Source: Candidatus Gottesmanbacteria bacterium GW2011_GWA2_43_14
Lineage (GTDB): Bacteria > Patescibacteriota > Microgenomatia > 2-02-FULL-39-11
Assembly (NCBI GenBank): GCA_000999095.1
Contig: LCFP01000012.1
Coordinates: forward strand, 68,140 to 132,139
Length of the DNA stretch: 64,000 bases
Direction: 5' to 3'
Part shown: one piece after another, positions 18,769 to 29,482 of the stretch
Position numbering within the stretch: the first letter of the stretch is position 1
Layout: every line of letters begins with the position of its first letter
Translations under genes and position numbers: made by a program
Notes under the pieces: generated by a model
What the model was told of the DNA's origin: nothing
The model's database searches: none
The model's input: only the letters and a program-made list of their open reading frames with translations

Positions 18769-19578
18769 ATGAAAAAAATAATTCAAATAATAAATAGAGA
18801 TACAGAGAAATATTTCTATAAGAATTATTACGGTGTTGTAAATGACAATATAGATTTTAAGACATTTGTAAATGAACAGTTAAATTTTCGTGGCGCGAAA
18901 GACAAAAACCAATTCTTATGGTTTTCAAAATTTATTAAACTTAAAAAGGAAAATACGATACTGGATTTCGGCTGTGATTTTGGGAATTTAGTTATATTAT
19001 TATGGAAAAAGGGCTATAAAGTTGATGGTAATGAAATAAATCAGGACATTTATCAAGTATTAAAACTCAGAGAAAAAATTTCTAAATTTAAAAAAGGATC
19101 ATTCATTTATTCGAATAATGGATCTGTTATAGCAAAAAAGAACTCATACGATATAATTTTATCGTATTTTGTATTAGTGCATGTAAGTGAGATTGAAGCT
19201 TACATCAAAAAATCAATTAGAGTTCTTAAACCCGAAGGAAAATTCATTTTTACAACCAGTAATTATCGAGTTGGATTCGAATATTATTATGCGTGTTGGT
19301 TACCATTATTTTCAAGAAATCTTTCAAAATTCATTTTAGGTATAAAAAAGAAAAATACTTTATTTATTGATGGATTAAATTTTATTACACCTGAAAAAGT
19401 TGAATCTGTGTTAAAAGAAATGAAATTAACTAATTCAATTAACGTAACAAACTTAGGCTCAAAGTTTTTCTTGAGAGAAATCTTTAACAATAAAATACAT
19501 CCATCAGTATTCATTAGGTATGCTAAATTATTTGATAAATTACATCTTATCCCGCTAATGGTAAAACTAAATTTTTAA
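18769..19578 (+). CDS. class I SAM-dependent methyltransferase
   Basis: Motif I ILDFGCDFGNL; post-I acidic residue; LKPEGKFIFTT. Confidence 0.6.
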   Translation: MKKIIQIINRDTEKYFYKNYYGVVNDNIDFKTFVNEQLNFRGAKDKNQFLWFSKFIKLKKENTILDFGCDFGNLVILLWKKGYKVDGNEINQDIYQVLKLREKISKFKKGSFIYSNNGSVIAKKNSYDIILSYFVLVHVSEIEAYIKKSIRVLKPEGKFIFTTSNYRVGFEYYYACWLPLFSRNLSKFILGIKKKNTLFIDGLNFITPEKVESVLKEMKLTNSINVTNLGSKFFLREIFNNKIHPSVFIRYAKLFDKLHLIPLMVKLNF

Positions 19579-19633
19579 AATCCGTTAATTTATGTAATTC
19601 AGAAATTATAAAATTATTTAAGCAAAAATCATT

Positions 19634-20206
19634 ATGTCTCAATTGTCTGTAAAAGATTTATTGAAGCTAAAATTTAAAAAACTGGGTAAAAATTTATATA
19701 TTTCTGATAAAACATCGTTTCATAATCCAACAAATATATCCATCGGTGATAATTCTAGAATTGATGATTATTGTGTTCTTTCAGCAGGTCGCGAAGGTAT
19801 AGATATTGGTAGAAATGTACATATAGCAGTTTATTCATCTTTAATTGGCCAAAGTAAAATTCGGATCGGCGATTTTACTAATATATCATCACGGGTATCT
19901 GTATACTCAAGCAATGATGATTATTCGGGAGAAACAATGACAAATCCAACAATCAATGAGAAATATAAGAAAGTAACGCATGGTAAAGTCGATATCGGTA
20001 AACATGTAATTATTGGATCGGGCAGTATCATATTACCAAATGTAATAATAGAGGATGGTGTCGCGGTAGGTGCACTCTCTCTGATAAAATCCAACTGTAA
20101 AAGTTTTAATATTTATGCAGGTATCCCTGCAAAAATTATTAAAAAACGGAGTAAAAAGCTTCTGAATCTGGAAAAGAGATATTTACTTTCTTTCCAGAGA
20201 AAATAA
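19634..20206 (+). CDS. hexapeptide-repeat (LbH) acyl/acetyltransferase, probably an amino-sugar N-acetyltransferase
   Basis: Repeated [LIV]GxxxxI hexapeptides (IGDNSRIDDYCVLSAG, IGRNVHIAVYSSLIG, IRIGDFTNISSRVSVY, IGKHVIIGSGSIILPNVII). Adjacent to a sugar aminotransferase. Confidence 0.65.
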   Translation: MSQLSVKDLLKLKFKKLGKNLYISDKTSFHNPTNISIGDNSRIDDYCVLSAGREGIDIGRNVHIAVYSSLIGQSKIRIGDFTNISSRVSVYSSNDDYSGETMTNPTINEKYKKVTHGKVDIGKHVIIGSGSIILPNVIIEDGVAVGALSLIKSNCKSFNIYAGIPAKIIKKRSKKLLNLEKRYLLSFQRK

Positions 20207-20211
20207 ATTTT

Positions 20212-21345
20212 ATGGATCTAAAGCCATTCAAAAAACCGATTTACATTACTCGTCCCATCTTGCCTAATCTACAGGCAATGCAGGATAAGCTCAAACAAAT
20301 ATGGATCACAAAATGGTTATCTAACAACGGTTATCAGCATAGATTGTTTGAACGAGAAATCCAGAAAGTATTAAAGGTCCCTTGCGTTTCTTTATTCAAT
20401 AACGGAACCATTGCGCTGCTTACGGCCGTAAGAGCACTCAATCTTTCCGGAGAAGTAATCACAACTCCCTTTACGTTCCCCGCAACTCCACACGTACTTT
20501 CTTGGAATAATATTCAACCTGTGTTTTGCGATATAGATCCTGTTTCCCTGACAATTGATGCTAATAAAATTGAAAAACAAATTAACAAGAAAACTACAGC
20601 AATCCTTGCAGTGCATGTTTTCGGTAATCCGTGTAACATTTATAAAATCCAAAAAATTGCTTCCCGTTACAACCTTAAAGTAATTTATGATGCTGCACAT
20701 GCTTTTGAAGTTGAATTAAACGGTATTGGAATAGGTAATTTTGGTGATCTCACAATGTTTAGTTTTCACCCGACCAAGCTTTTTCATACCGCCGAAGGAG
20801 CGGCTTTAACGGGTAAAAAGCATGAACTGAAAAAGAAAGTTGATCTCTTAAAAAATTTTGGTATAAAAAATGAGGAAGAAGTGGTAGAGATCGGGATCAA
20901 TGGAAAAATGAATGAAATACAGGCAGCCTTAGGCTTATTAGTATTAAAAATTAAGAATAAGGAGCGCATGAAAAGAAAGTTGTTATGTGCAACCTACAGA
21001 AACTGTTTAATTAATACAGAGGGGATTTCCATTTTGGGAGAAGAATCTAATATTAAAAACAGTTATCAATATTTAGTAATTAGAATTGATCAAAAAAAAT
21101 TTGGCAGATCCAGAAACTTTATATATAGCAAGCTAAAAGAATATAACATATTTACTCGAAAATATTTTTATCCGCTCTGTAGTAATTTTCCTTATTATAA
21201 AAATCACAAATCATCAGGGAGTAAGAATCTACCGGAAGCTACAAAGGCTGTGGAAGAAGTACTTTCAATGCCATTTTATGGTGAGTTAAAAGTGGTTGAT
21301 ATCGAAAAAATCTGTACAATACTTAAAAATCTTAAGACGAAATGA
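20212..21345 (+). CDS. DegT/DnrJ/EryC1/StrS family PLP-dependent sugar aminotransferase
   Basis: Family hallmark FSFHPTKLFHTAEGAAL (Schiff-base Lys). Overall length about 377 aa. Confidence 0.8.
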   Translation: MDLKPFKKPIYITRPILPNLQAMQDKLKQIWITKWLSNNGYQHRLFEREIQKVLKVPCVSLFNNGTIALLTAVRALNLSGEVITTPFTFPATPHVLSWNNIQPVFCDIDPVSLTIDANKIEKQINKKTTAILAVHVFGNPCNIYKIQKIASRYNLKVIYDAAHAFEVELNGIGIGNFGDLTMFSFHPTKLFHTAEGAALTGKKHELKKKVDLLKNFGIKNEEEVVEIGINGKMNEIQAALGLLVLKIKNKERMKRKLLCATYRNCLINTEGISILGEESNIKNSYQYLVIRIDQKKFGRSRNFIYSKLKEYNIFTRKYFYPLCSNFPYYKNHKSSGSKNLPEATKAVEEVLSMPFYGELKVVDIEKICTILKNLKTK

Positions 21346-22037
21346 AATCGCAAAAATTATTAAAAATAAATATTGGTTCAGGTCCTATAGGCAGATCAGA
21401 TTGGATAAATTTGGACTGGGGAATTCTGCCACTATTAAGCAAACTTCCTTTGCTAATCCGATTATTAGTCAATTTAAAGTTATTGCCGCGTGGATATAAT
21501 AAACCATGGCCGAGTAATCCCGTACTGCACGATTGCCGTAAAAAGCTTCCTTTTTCTGATTCAACCGTAGATTTCATATATTCATCCCATTTTTTGGAAC
21601 ACCTTTATCGTTTTCAGGCAATAGAATTATTAAAAGACTGTAAAAGAATATTAAAACCAAATGGAATTATAAGAATTGTTGTACCTGATTTAGCTATTTT
21701 GGCAGAAAAATACTTAAAAAATGACAAGGTTTTCTATAATAAATTATTATCTGATAGTGAAAGAAAAAATACGATTTCCAAATATTTAGCCGATGAGTTT
21801 GTGAATAATTTTAATGGATATGAATCCTGGGATAAATCAAATTTAATTCAAAAAATTCAACGATTATTTATCAGGGGACACTTATGGATGTATGACTATG
21901 AATCTCTAAAAAATATTTTAATTACTCTCGGTTTCAGAAAAATAATAAGATGCAAGCCTGGAATCGGAAAAGTACCTAATATAAAATATTTGGATATTCA
22001 TAAGTTTGGTAGTTTACTTATTGAATCTTCAAAATAA
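21342..22037 (+). CDS. class I SAM-dependent methyltransferase
   Basis: LKINIGSGPIGRSDWINLD (motif I); LKPNGIIRIVVPD. ATGA overlap with the upstream gene. Confidence 0.55.
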   Translation: MKSQKLLKINIGSGPIGRSDWINLDWGILPLLSKLPLLIRLLVNLKLLPRGYNKPWPSNPVLHDCRKKLPFSDSTVDFIYSSHFLEHLYRFQAIELLKDCKRILKPNGIIRIVVPDLAILAEKYLKNDKVFYNKLLSDSERKNTISKYLADEFVNNFNGYESWDKSNLIQKIQRLFIRGHLWMYDYESLKNILITLGFRKIIRCKPGIGKVPNIKYLDIHKFGSLLIESSK

Positions 22038-22056
22038 TTTTCTATAAATTAAATTA

Positions 22057-23223
22057 ATGAATAAGCGAAAAATATTGTTTATAGCTTCAGCATTAGACGG
22101 TTCTACCATAAATCAAGGTATTAGCGGAGGAGAGGTTAGACTTGCTGAAATTATAAAGGCATTTATTAAAAATAATTGGGAAGTTCATTTTCTGGCAAAT
22201 AAAAACAATAATATTTTCTGTGAACACTTTAATCTTAATAATGTCATAAACCATAATTTTAATATTCAATACAATAATACTAGATTCTGGTTTATTAAAT
22301 TCACCTTAAAGGTATTATTTACTTTGCCTGAAAGTCTGAAGGATTTTAAAGGAAATATTTATACCGCAAATGAACAATTATATGATGTAATTCCTGCCGT
22401 TAAATTAAAGTTAAACAACAGTAATATTTGGACAGCAATTGTTCATTGGCTTCCTCCTTATAAATTCTGGCAAAGAAAAAAATCAAATTGGTATAACTCC
22501 TTGATTTTTATGTTAGCAGAAATGATAAGCATACTGCTGATTAAATATCTTGCCGATAAATCTCTGGCTGTATCAAACTCCACTAGAAATCAATTGCTGA
22601 AAATTGGTTTTAGTAAAAATAAAGTTATAGCTGTGGAATGCGGTGTCGATTTTGGTTTAATTACACAAATAAGTAAAAAAAAGTCTAGAAAAGAATTCGA
22701 CGCTGTCTTCATAAAAAGAATCCAGGCTGTAAAAGGAGTATTTGATTTAATTGATATATGGAAATTAGTACTTAAGAAAATTCCAAATGTTAAGTTGGCT
22801 ATAATCGGCGGTAGCATTGATAATTCGTTACTAATAAATGAAATAAGAAAAGAAAAGTTATATAATAATATATCTTTTTTTGGCCCGATCATTGATTTTA
22901 AAAAGAAAATTCAGATTCTTTTATCTTCGAAGCTTTTTATTCTTCCAAGTTATGAAGAAAACTGGGCAATCGTAATTGGTGAAGCAATGGCATGTAAAAT
23001 ACCAGTGCTAGCTTACGGACTCCACGAGCTAATTGACGTCTGGAAAAATAATTTCTTCCCAATAAAAGTAGGAAATAAAGGGGAATTTGCACGTACTATT
23101 ATTCGCTATCTGGGCAATGAAAAACTACGAATAAGCCAAGCAGACATAGGTTATAAATATATTCAGCAGTTTGATTGGAAGAAGATTGCTGAAAGGGAAG
23201 TTAAAATTATCCAAAGCTTATGA
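22057..23223 (+). CDS. GT4 glycosyltransferase
   Basis: GT-B C-terminal domain (LAIIGGSID ... FILPSYEENWAIVIGEAMACKIPVLAYG). Confidence 0.65.
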   Translation: MNKRKILFIASALDGSTINQGISGGEVRLAEIIKAFIKNNWEVHFLANKNNNIFCEHFNLNNVINHNFNIQYNNTRFWFIKFTLKVLFTLPESLKDFKGNIYTANEQLYDVIPAVKLKLNNSNIWTAIVHWLPPYKFWQRKKSNWYNSLIFMLAEMISILLIKYLADKSLAVSNSTRNQLLKIGFSKNKVIAVECGVDFGLITQISKKKSRKEFDAVFIKRIQAVKGVFDLIDIWKLVLKKIPNVKLAIIGGSIDNSLLINEIRKEKLYNNISFFGPIIDFKKKIQILLSSKLFILPSYEENWAIVIGEAMACKIPVLAYGLHELIDVWKNNFFPIKVGNKGEFARTIIRYLGNEKLRISQADIGYKYIQQFDWKKIAEREVKIIQSL

Positions 23224-24296
23224 AAATAGCAATAATTTTGGGAACACGGCCGGAGATAATCAAAATGAGCCCTATTATCAAAGAATGTCAACACAGAAAA
23301 CTCGATTTTTTTATTTTACACACGAACCAGCATTATTCAACAAATCTAGATTCAATATTTTTCAAAGAACTCTGCCTTCCCCATCCGCAATATAATTTAC
23401 AGATTGGATCAGGAACCCATGCGGAAGAGACTGGTAAAATGCTTATTGGTATTGAGAAAATACTAAAGAAGGAAAATCCAAATATCATATTAGTCGAAGG
23501 TGACACAAATACAGTATTAGCCGGAGCATTATCAGCTGCTAAGCTTCGGATTAAAGTCGGACACGTAGAGGCCGGACTTAGGTCATATTTTCGGGAAATG
23601 CCGGAAGAAATTAATAGAATATTAACTGACCACTTATCTGATTATTTATTTACACCAACTACCCAAACTAAAGAAATTCTGTTAAGAGAAGGCATTAGCC
23701 AGGAAAGGATATTTTTAACTGGAAATACAATTGTTGATGCCGTATTCCAAAATTTGAAAATTGCTGAAGAAAAATCACAAATATTAAAAAAAATAAAATT
23801 AAAGAAAAACAATTATTTATTATTGACTGTTCACAGACAGGAAAATGTTGATATTAGAAATCGGTTAAACCAAATTATGAGCGGAATAGGTAAAATTTAT
23901 CGTAAATATAATTTACCGATAATCTACCCGATTCACCCTAGATCTTCAAAGATGATTAAACAGTTCAAAATAATTATTCCTGATGGAGTAAAGATAATCA
24001 ATTCGGTTGGGTATCTTGATTTTCTTAATCTAGAAGCTAGCTCAAGGCTTGTGTTAACGGATTCAGGAGGAGTTCAAGAGGAAACATGCGTACTTCAAGT
24101 TCCTTGTGTGACATTACGGGATAATACCGAAAGACCGGAAACCATAGAAGTTGGTAGTAATATTCTGGCAGGAGTGAATCCCCAAAAAATTCTTCAATCG
24201 ACTGAATTTATGTTAAATAAAAAGAAGCATTGGGAAAATCCGTTTGGAAGTGGAAAATCTTCTCTGACTATTTTAAATATAATTACCCATATATGA
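23220..24296 (+). CDS. wecB: UDP-N-acetylglucosamine 2-epimerase (non-hydrolysing)
   Basis: MKIAIILGTRPEIIKMSPII, HVEAGLRSY, DSGGVQEET, which are the conserved WecB/MnaA segments. Confidence 0.85.
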   Translation: MKIAIILGTRPEIIKMSPIIKECQHRKLDFFILHTNQHYSTNLDSIFFKELCLPHPQYNLQIGSGTHAEETGKMLIGIEKILKKENPNIILVEGDTNTVLAGALSAAKLRIKVGHVEAGLRSYFREMPEEINRILTDHLSDYLFTPTTQTKEILLREGISQERIFLTGNTIVDAVFQNLKIAEEKSQILKKIKLKKNNYLLLTVHRQENVDIRNRLNQIMSGIGKIYRKYNLPIIYPIHPRSSKMIKQFKIIIPDGVKIINSVGYLDFLNLEASSRLVLTDSGGVQEETCVLQVPCVTLRDNTERPETIEVGSNILAGVNPQKILQSTEFMLNKKKHWENPFGSGKSSLTILNIITHI

Positions 24297-26089
24297 AAAT
24301 CTGTTATGTATTTTCTGGCATTTATCAGGCAAATATTATTGGACAATCAGGAGTAGCGCTTCGATTAATAGAAAATATAAAAAAGTATAATAATGATATT
24401 TACCTCATCTCAAATTACCTTTCAGAATCAGATAACTTTGATTTAAAGGGAAAAAACAATTTATTGCTAAAAGGCCCAAATACATTAAATACTTATCTAA
24501 GAAACACCCTTAAAATTGTTAGTTATCTTAGAAAATTGCATCCAAATATCCTTCACGTCAGGGGATTATTAATTGTTCCATTTATGTGGGTAATAAATAA
24601 ACTATTTCTTGGTTATCCTATTGTCTTCTCTATTTTTGAAACTCCGGAACATTTAAAATCTCACTTTATTTATTTAATCGCATATTGCATAAACCATGGG
24701 GATGGAACATTTGTTTCATCGAATTTCATAAAGAAAAAATTTGTTGAAAAAGGAGCATTACCAGAAAAAATTTTTGTTAGGTATACCGGAATTAAAGATA
24801 AATTTCTAGTGCAGAACAAATTAAATTCAACTGAAGACAATGATGTGTTATTTTTCGGGGATAGTAGCAAAGAAAGAGGTTTTGACATAGTTTGTAAACT
24901 AGCAAAAAAAATGCCCAAAGTAAAGTTTAAAGTACTCCTTAGATGGCAGGCAAAAAATTGCCATATTGAATTGGAAAAGATAAAAAATCTTAAAAATACG
25001 ACTATTTGGTATTATCCATACAAAAAAAACCTAGAAGAGATATTGTCGAATACAAAACTCATCATATTGCCATTTAGATACATGGGAATGAGACCTCCGA
25101 TTAGTCTTTTAGAAGCTATGGCTTTGTCGAAATGTGTGATTACATCCACTATGGGTGGAAATAAAGAATTCATTAACAATAACAAGAATGGTTTTGTAAT
25201 GAACATTTCCAAAATAAGTAACATTGAAAAAAAAATTTTGTTTTTACTTAAGAATCAAAATGTAAGGAAAAAAATAGGTGATGCTGCAAATCGAACGATT
25301 CGTAATTTATACTCAAAGAATGAGTATAAGAAAATTGCTGATTATTATACCTATATAAAAGAAGACTTTTATGAGAGAAGAATGTTTGATAGTATCGGGG
25401 GACATCACATATCCCATAAAGAAATTAATTTAGTTTTACGTTTACTGAATCCGAAAGAAAAGAGTGTGATACTAGAGGTAGGCACAGGTAGCGGTCGTTT
25501 TGCCCGAGCGATAGTGAAGTCTTCATCGGCAAGAGTGGTAGGTGTAGATCCGGACAGAAAGATATTGAGAGAAGGAAAAATACTGAAGCGTATTTTCCTT
25601 TCCAGAGAAGATAAAGATAGGTATACTTGTGTGATAGGAGACGGACATGCGCTTCCTTTTGGAAATAATACATTTGATAAGGTACTCTGTTTTAGAGTAA
25701 TAAAGTATTATAAGGATCCATGGAAAGGGATAGACGAGTTAATAAGAGTTCTTAAGCCTGGTGGAGAAATGGTGTTGGAAATCACCAGTAATCTTAGTTG
25801 GGAATCTATAGTGAATCCACTACTATCTTTTTTCATAAAAAGAAAACAATTTCATCACTTTTGGGAAAAAAAAATGATAAATTTTAATTCTATATCAGTT
25901 AAAAAATACTTTATGGTAAGAAATATGAAAATTACGCACGAAGTATTTCTTCATAAAATGCCACCTGCTTTATATTCAAAATTAAACAATCCAATTATAA
26001 ATAACATACTTGATGCATTTGAAAGTGTATTACAGTATACCCCGAAGCGTCTTTTTTCCAAGAGCATTATTTTAAGATATAAGAAATAA
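24293..26089 (+). CDS. fusion protein: GT4 glycosyltransferase (N-terminal) plus class I SAM methyltransferase (C-terminal)
   Basis: N-terminal half is a GT-B fold (ILPFRYMGMRPPISLLEAMALSKCVITSTMGGN). C-terminal half has methyltransferase motifs (ILEVGTGSGRFARAIV ... VGVDPD ... LKPGGEMVLE). Likely start MKICYVF at 24293; the track starts at 24230. Confidence 0.6.
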   Translation: MKICYVFSGIYQANIIGQSGVALRLIENIKKYNNDIYLISNYLSESDNFDLKGKNNLLLKGPNTLNTYLRNTLKIVSYLRKLHPNILHVRGLLIVPFMWVINKLFLGYPIVFSIFETPEHLKSHFIYLIAYCINHGDGTFVSSNFIKKKFVEKGALPEKIFVRYTGIKDKFLVQNKLNSTEDNDVLFFGDSSKERGFDIVCKLAKKMPKVKFKVLLRWQAKNCHIELEKIKNLKNTTIWYYPYKKNLEEILSNTKLIILPFRYMGMRPPISLLEAMALSKCVITSTMGGNKEFINNNKNGFVMNISKISNIEKKILFLLKNQNVRKKIGDAANRTIRNLYSKNEYKKIADYYTYIKEDFYERRMFDSIGGHHISHKEINLVLRLLNPKEKSVILEVGTGSGRFARAIVKSSSARVVGVDPDRKILREGKILKRIFLSREDKDRYTCVIGDGHALPFGNNTFDKVLCFRVIKYYKDPWKGIDELIRVLKPGGEMVLEITSNLSWESIVNPLLSFFIKRKQFHHFWEKKMINFNSISVKKYFMVRNMKITHEVFLHKMPPALYSKLNNPIINNILDAFESVLQYTPKRLFSKSIILRYKK

Positions 26090-26718
26090 TGACAAATAAT
26101 TCGTGGTTAGACTGGAATCATCTACTAAATACCTATTCCAATGTTGTTACAAAAGAGAATCTAGTTATAGAAATTGGTAGCTCTACAGTTTCAAGGACAA
26201 TTGATATAGCAAAACGTTGTAAAAAATTGATAGGGGTGGAAAAGTATAAAAATCGAATTCCTGCAGACAATAAATTTTCAAGATATAAAATTAAAATTAT
26301 TAAGGGAGATTGGCAAAATTTAGGAGAAGTAATTACCCCAAATTCAATAGACATTATTATTGCTTCCCATGTAATAGAGCATGTTAAAGACGATATTAAG
26401 TGTTTGAATGAGAGTTATAAAGTGCTTAAAGAGGGAGGATACTTGATATTTAATACTCCAAATAGGAAAAGATTAGCAAGAACTATTATTGAATTTTTTA
26501 TTGGAGAAAGAAAGTTTCCTTTTTGGGAACATATTAGGGAATATGTCAAGTCAGATCTAGAAAAATTAATTGAAAAGTCAAATTTTTCTGACAAGGAAGC
26601 AGTAATTTCTTCTGTTGGATTTGGACTCCGCCTATTTGGTTTTGGATACTATACAACTCGGTCCCCAGTAATTCTTGACTCATTATCTACTTTTTGGGAA
26701 GTTGTACTAAGAAAATAA
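26089..26718 (+). CDS. class I SAM-dependent methyltransferase
   Basis: IIASHVIEHVKDDIKCLNESYKVLKEGGYLIFNTPN. Confidence 0.55.
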   Translation: MTNNSWLDWNHLLNTYSNVVTKENLVIEIGSSTVSRTIDIAKRCKKLIGVEKYKNRIPADNKFSRYKIKIIKGDWQNLGEVITPNSIDIIIASHVIEHVKDDIKCLNESYKVLKEGGYLIFNTPNRKRLARTIIEFFIGERKFPFWEHIREYVKSDLEKLIEKSNFSDKEAVISSVGFGLRLFGFGYYTTRSPVILDSLSTFWEVVLRK

Positions 26719-29481
26719 ATGTCAGTTTTTAAGAAGTATTATCCTTTTCTCTTTTTGACTCTTCTATCTTTTTGGTTTGTTATTTATCAAAAAAATGGCC
26801 TTCTTTCATTAGGTGATTTTGTATTTCCTCCAATACCTGAACTGTGGTTATATTTTAGATTGTTTGCTTGGAAAGATTTCGCATTTTTAGGGAATGCATC
26901 CTACATTGATTATGTAAATCTCATTCACTATTTCCCAATTTTTGCGCTTTTTAAAATCGGAATTCCAATTACTGTAATACAATCCATTTTCATTTCGGCA
27001 CTTTTTATTATTGGTTCTTTTGCTATGTACCATTTGCTTCATGAAGTATTAATAGAGTCAATCCACAAGAAAATTATTTGTATGATATGTGCAATTTTGT
27101 ATATGTTTAATCCATATGTAGCGATAGTCAAACTTAGAGGATATAATATGAGTTTATATGCTTATGTATTCGCTCCTTTAATAATCTATTTCTTTACAAA
27201 ATATATTAAAGGAAGACATTTTTTTAAAAACAAATATCTATACTTAATCGGATTTTCATATTTATTATCAAGTCCTGCGAGTACTCAACCTGCGTATATA
27301 ACTTGGTCAATTTTCCTAATTTTCTATTTCAGTCTTTTACTGTTTTTGTTTCATAACTTTAATAAAACTATTCTTCTAAAATTTTTAATTGTAATCACTC
27401 TTTTTTTTCTCATAAATACATTTTGGATTATGTCTTTGGTGTTAAATTTAGGTGCGATCAATAGAATTATAGACGTAGTTCAAGATGAAACTAGTCTTGA
27501 AGCAATAAATAATGTTAGTGGGAATAATTTAGTTAATACATTCAGGTTATTGGGTATACCTGGAATGGACGCTACATGGAGAGGGATCCCGTATCTTTCA
27601 TATTATCAAATATATTCTTCTCCGATTTTTATCTTCGTAGGAATTTCATTGTTTTTAATAACATTTTTCGGATGGTTATTTTCACCTTGGACTCATTTAA
27701 AAGGTAAAGAAAGATTATGGTGGTTCTATTTTATTTCAATATCTCTACTCTCAATCTTTATTATTGGAGGAGTAAATTTTCTAATTCCAAATTTGAAACT
27801 CTGGTTATTTAAAAATTTTCCTCTTTTTCTACTCTATAGAAAACCGTATGAAAAAGGGGCATTTTTTTTCATTTTTTCACTAGTAGGCCTTTTAGCTATT
27901 TCCTTGAAAATCATATCAAACATGCTTGATTTTCATGTTAAAAAGCGAAATAAGAATATTACTACAATTTTTTTTATTGTTATTCTATTCTTCGTGCTTC
28001 TATACAATTTCCCGTTTTGGTCAAAGCAGATTTTCACGTCCATAAATCATCCAGAATGTACTATTAATAGTCTGAATCATTACCCGAATTATCTTTATTA
28101 TTTTGGAGAACAATTAGAAAAGGATAAAAAAGTTGGTCGATTATTAGGATTACCGATTAATAACAGTCCAATCAGTTCTGGTGTAGAAAATTTTAAATGG
28201 GGTTATGCTGGAATTGATCCAATATTTCTATTTACTAATAAAGGATATATTCTTATGAATCCTTTAATCCCCTTTATAAAAAATTTTTATCAAAATATAA
28301 ATAGCGAATCTGTAAATGAAATAAATTATGTGTCAAATTTATCATCCATAAATAGTCTATTCAATATAAAAAAAAACATATTACGAAACGATATTTGCTG
28401 GCAACTGTATCATTCTCCAGATCCTTCTCATGACAAAAAATATTTAGATGGAATGAACACAAAAAAAACTAGTATCGGAGAACTAGATTTATATGATGTT
28501 TCTGCTGAAAATTTTGTCCCCCATGTTTACACACCTCAACATATAATTTATTCTCAAGACTCTGTAAAAAAACTTACATTTATCATTTCTCAACCAGAGT
28601 TTACTGCTCGCTCTGCAGTATTTTTTGAAAGCCAAAATTCTTTTACTCATTTTAAGAATCAATTAAACCAATTAGGAATAAGTAGTATTTCAACAGATGG
28701 AGCAAAAATTCAGCTGAGTCGTCTTCCTGTAACTGAATTTAAGAAAATTAATCCTGTAAAGTATAGAGTTATTATCCATGGTGCTACCGGTAAATTCCCC
28801 TTTTTACTTAATGAAAGTTTTCATGATGGGTGGAAGACTTATTTTGTAAAACTCAATAATATTTGGTCATCAAATCATAATTCCAAATCGGATCTCAACT
28901 CCCTAATTACAAAATATAAAATACTAGATGGAAATGAAGAAGATCAGGTAAATATTGAAGAATTAAAGGAATTTGTAGATAAAGGTTTGGTAACAATCTT
29001 AGGAAATGGCGAGGAACAATCGATTATTCATTTGAAATATGAAAATGGAATAGAGAAATTGGATTACATTGAAAAATATAAAATTGATTTTGTATCGAAG
29101 AATTTTCAGGATACGATTCAGAATGATAATTTGCCTAACGGTTCGTATTATGAAACTTGGTTTGCCGGAAAGAGTGATGATTCCTGGATCAGCAAAATAA
29201 CTGGTTTTAATAAAAGCATACTTCAAGTTCCTGATGATACTCACTTAATGGTTAATGGATATGCTAATTCTTGGATTATTGATCCTGAAAAAATTTGTAA
29301 AAATAATGGATTCTGTAAAATAAATGATGACGGAAGTTACGACTTAGAAATGGTTATTGAATTTTGGCCGCAAAGGCTATTTTATTTGGGATTAGGAATT
29401 TCCGGAATGACATTGCTATTATGTTTGATATATTTAATTTATGACTTTATATATAAAAAGATGGTAAGATATAGAGTGTGA
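26719..29481 (+). CDS. very large polytopic membrane protein with an extracytoplasmic C-terminal domain; putative GT-C-type glycosyltransferase/polymerase (YfhO-like)
   Basis: 920 aa. About 14 N-terminal TM helices, a long soluble region, then a final TM helix (LGLGISGMTLLLCLIYLIY). No soluble enzyme motif recognised. The architecture matches GT-C enzymes that use polyprenyl-phosphate sugars. Confidence 0.4.
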   Translation: MSVFKKYYPFLFLTLLSFWFVIYQKNGLLSLGDFVFPPIPELWLYFRLFAWKDFAFLGNASYIDYVNLIHYFPIFALFKIGIPITVIQSIFISALFIIGSFAMYHLLHEVLIESIHKKIICMICAILYMFNPYVAIVKLRGYNMSLYAYVFAPLIIYFFTKYIKGRHFFKNKYLYLIGFSYLLSSPASTQPAYITWSIFLIFYFSLLLFLFHNFNKTILLKFLIVITLFFLINTFWIMSLVLNLGAINRIIDVVQDETSLEAINNVSGNNLVNTFRLLGIPGMDATWRGIPYLSYYQIYSSPIFIFVGISLFLITFFGWLFSPWTHLKGKERLWWFYFISISLLSIFIIGGVNFLIPNLKLWLFKNFPLFLLYRKPYEKGAFFFIFSLVGLLAISLKIISNMLDFHVKKRNKNITTIFFIVILFFVLLYNFPFWSKQIFTSINHPECTINSLNHYPNYLYYFGEQLEKDKKVGRLLGLPINNSPISSGVENFKWGYAGIDPIFLFTNKGYILMNPLIPFIKNFYQNINSESVNEINYVSNLSSINSLFNIKKNILRNDICWQLYHSPDPSHDKKYLDGMNTKKTSIGELDLYDVSAENFVPHVYTPQHIIYSQDSVKKLTFIISQPEFTARSAVFFESQNSFTHFKNQLNQLGISSISTDGAKIQLSRLPVTEFKKINPVKYRVIIHGATGKFPFLLNESFHDGWKTYFVKLNNIWSSNHNSKSDLNSLITKYKILDGNEEDQVNIEELKEFVDKGLVTILGNGEEQSIIHLKYENGIEKLDYIEKYKIDFVSKNFQDTIQNDNLPNGSYYETWFAGKSDDSWISKITGFNKSILQVPDDTHLMVNGYANSWIIDPEKICKNNGFCKINDDGSYDLEMVIEFWPQRLFYLGLGISGMTLLLCLIYLIYDFIYKKMVRYRV

Positions 29482-29482
29482 T

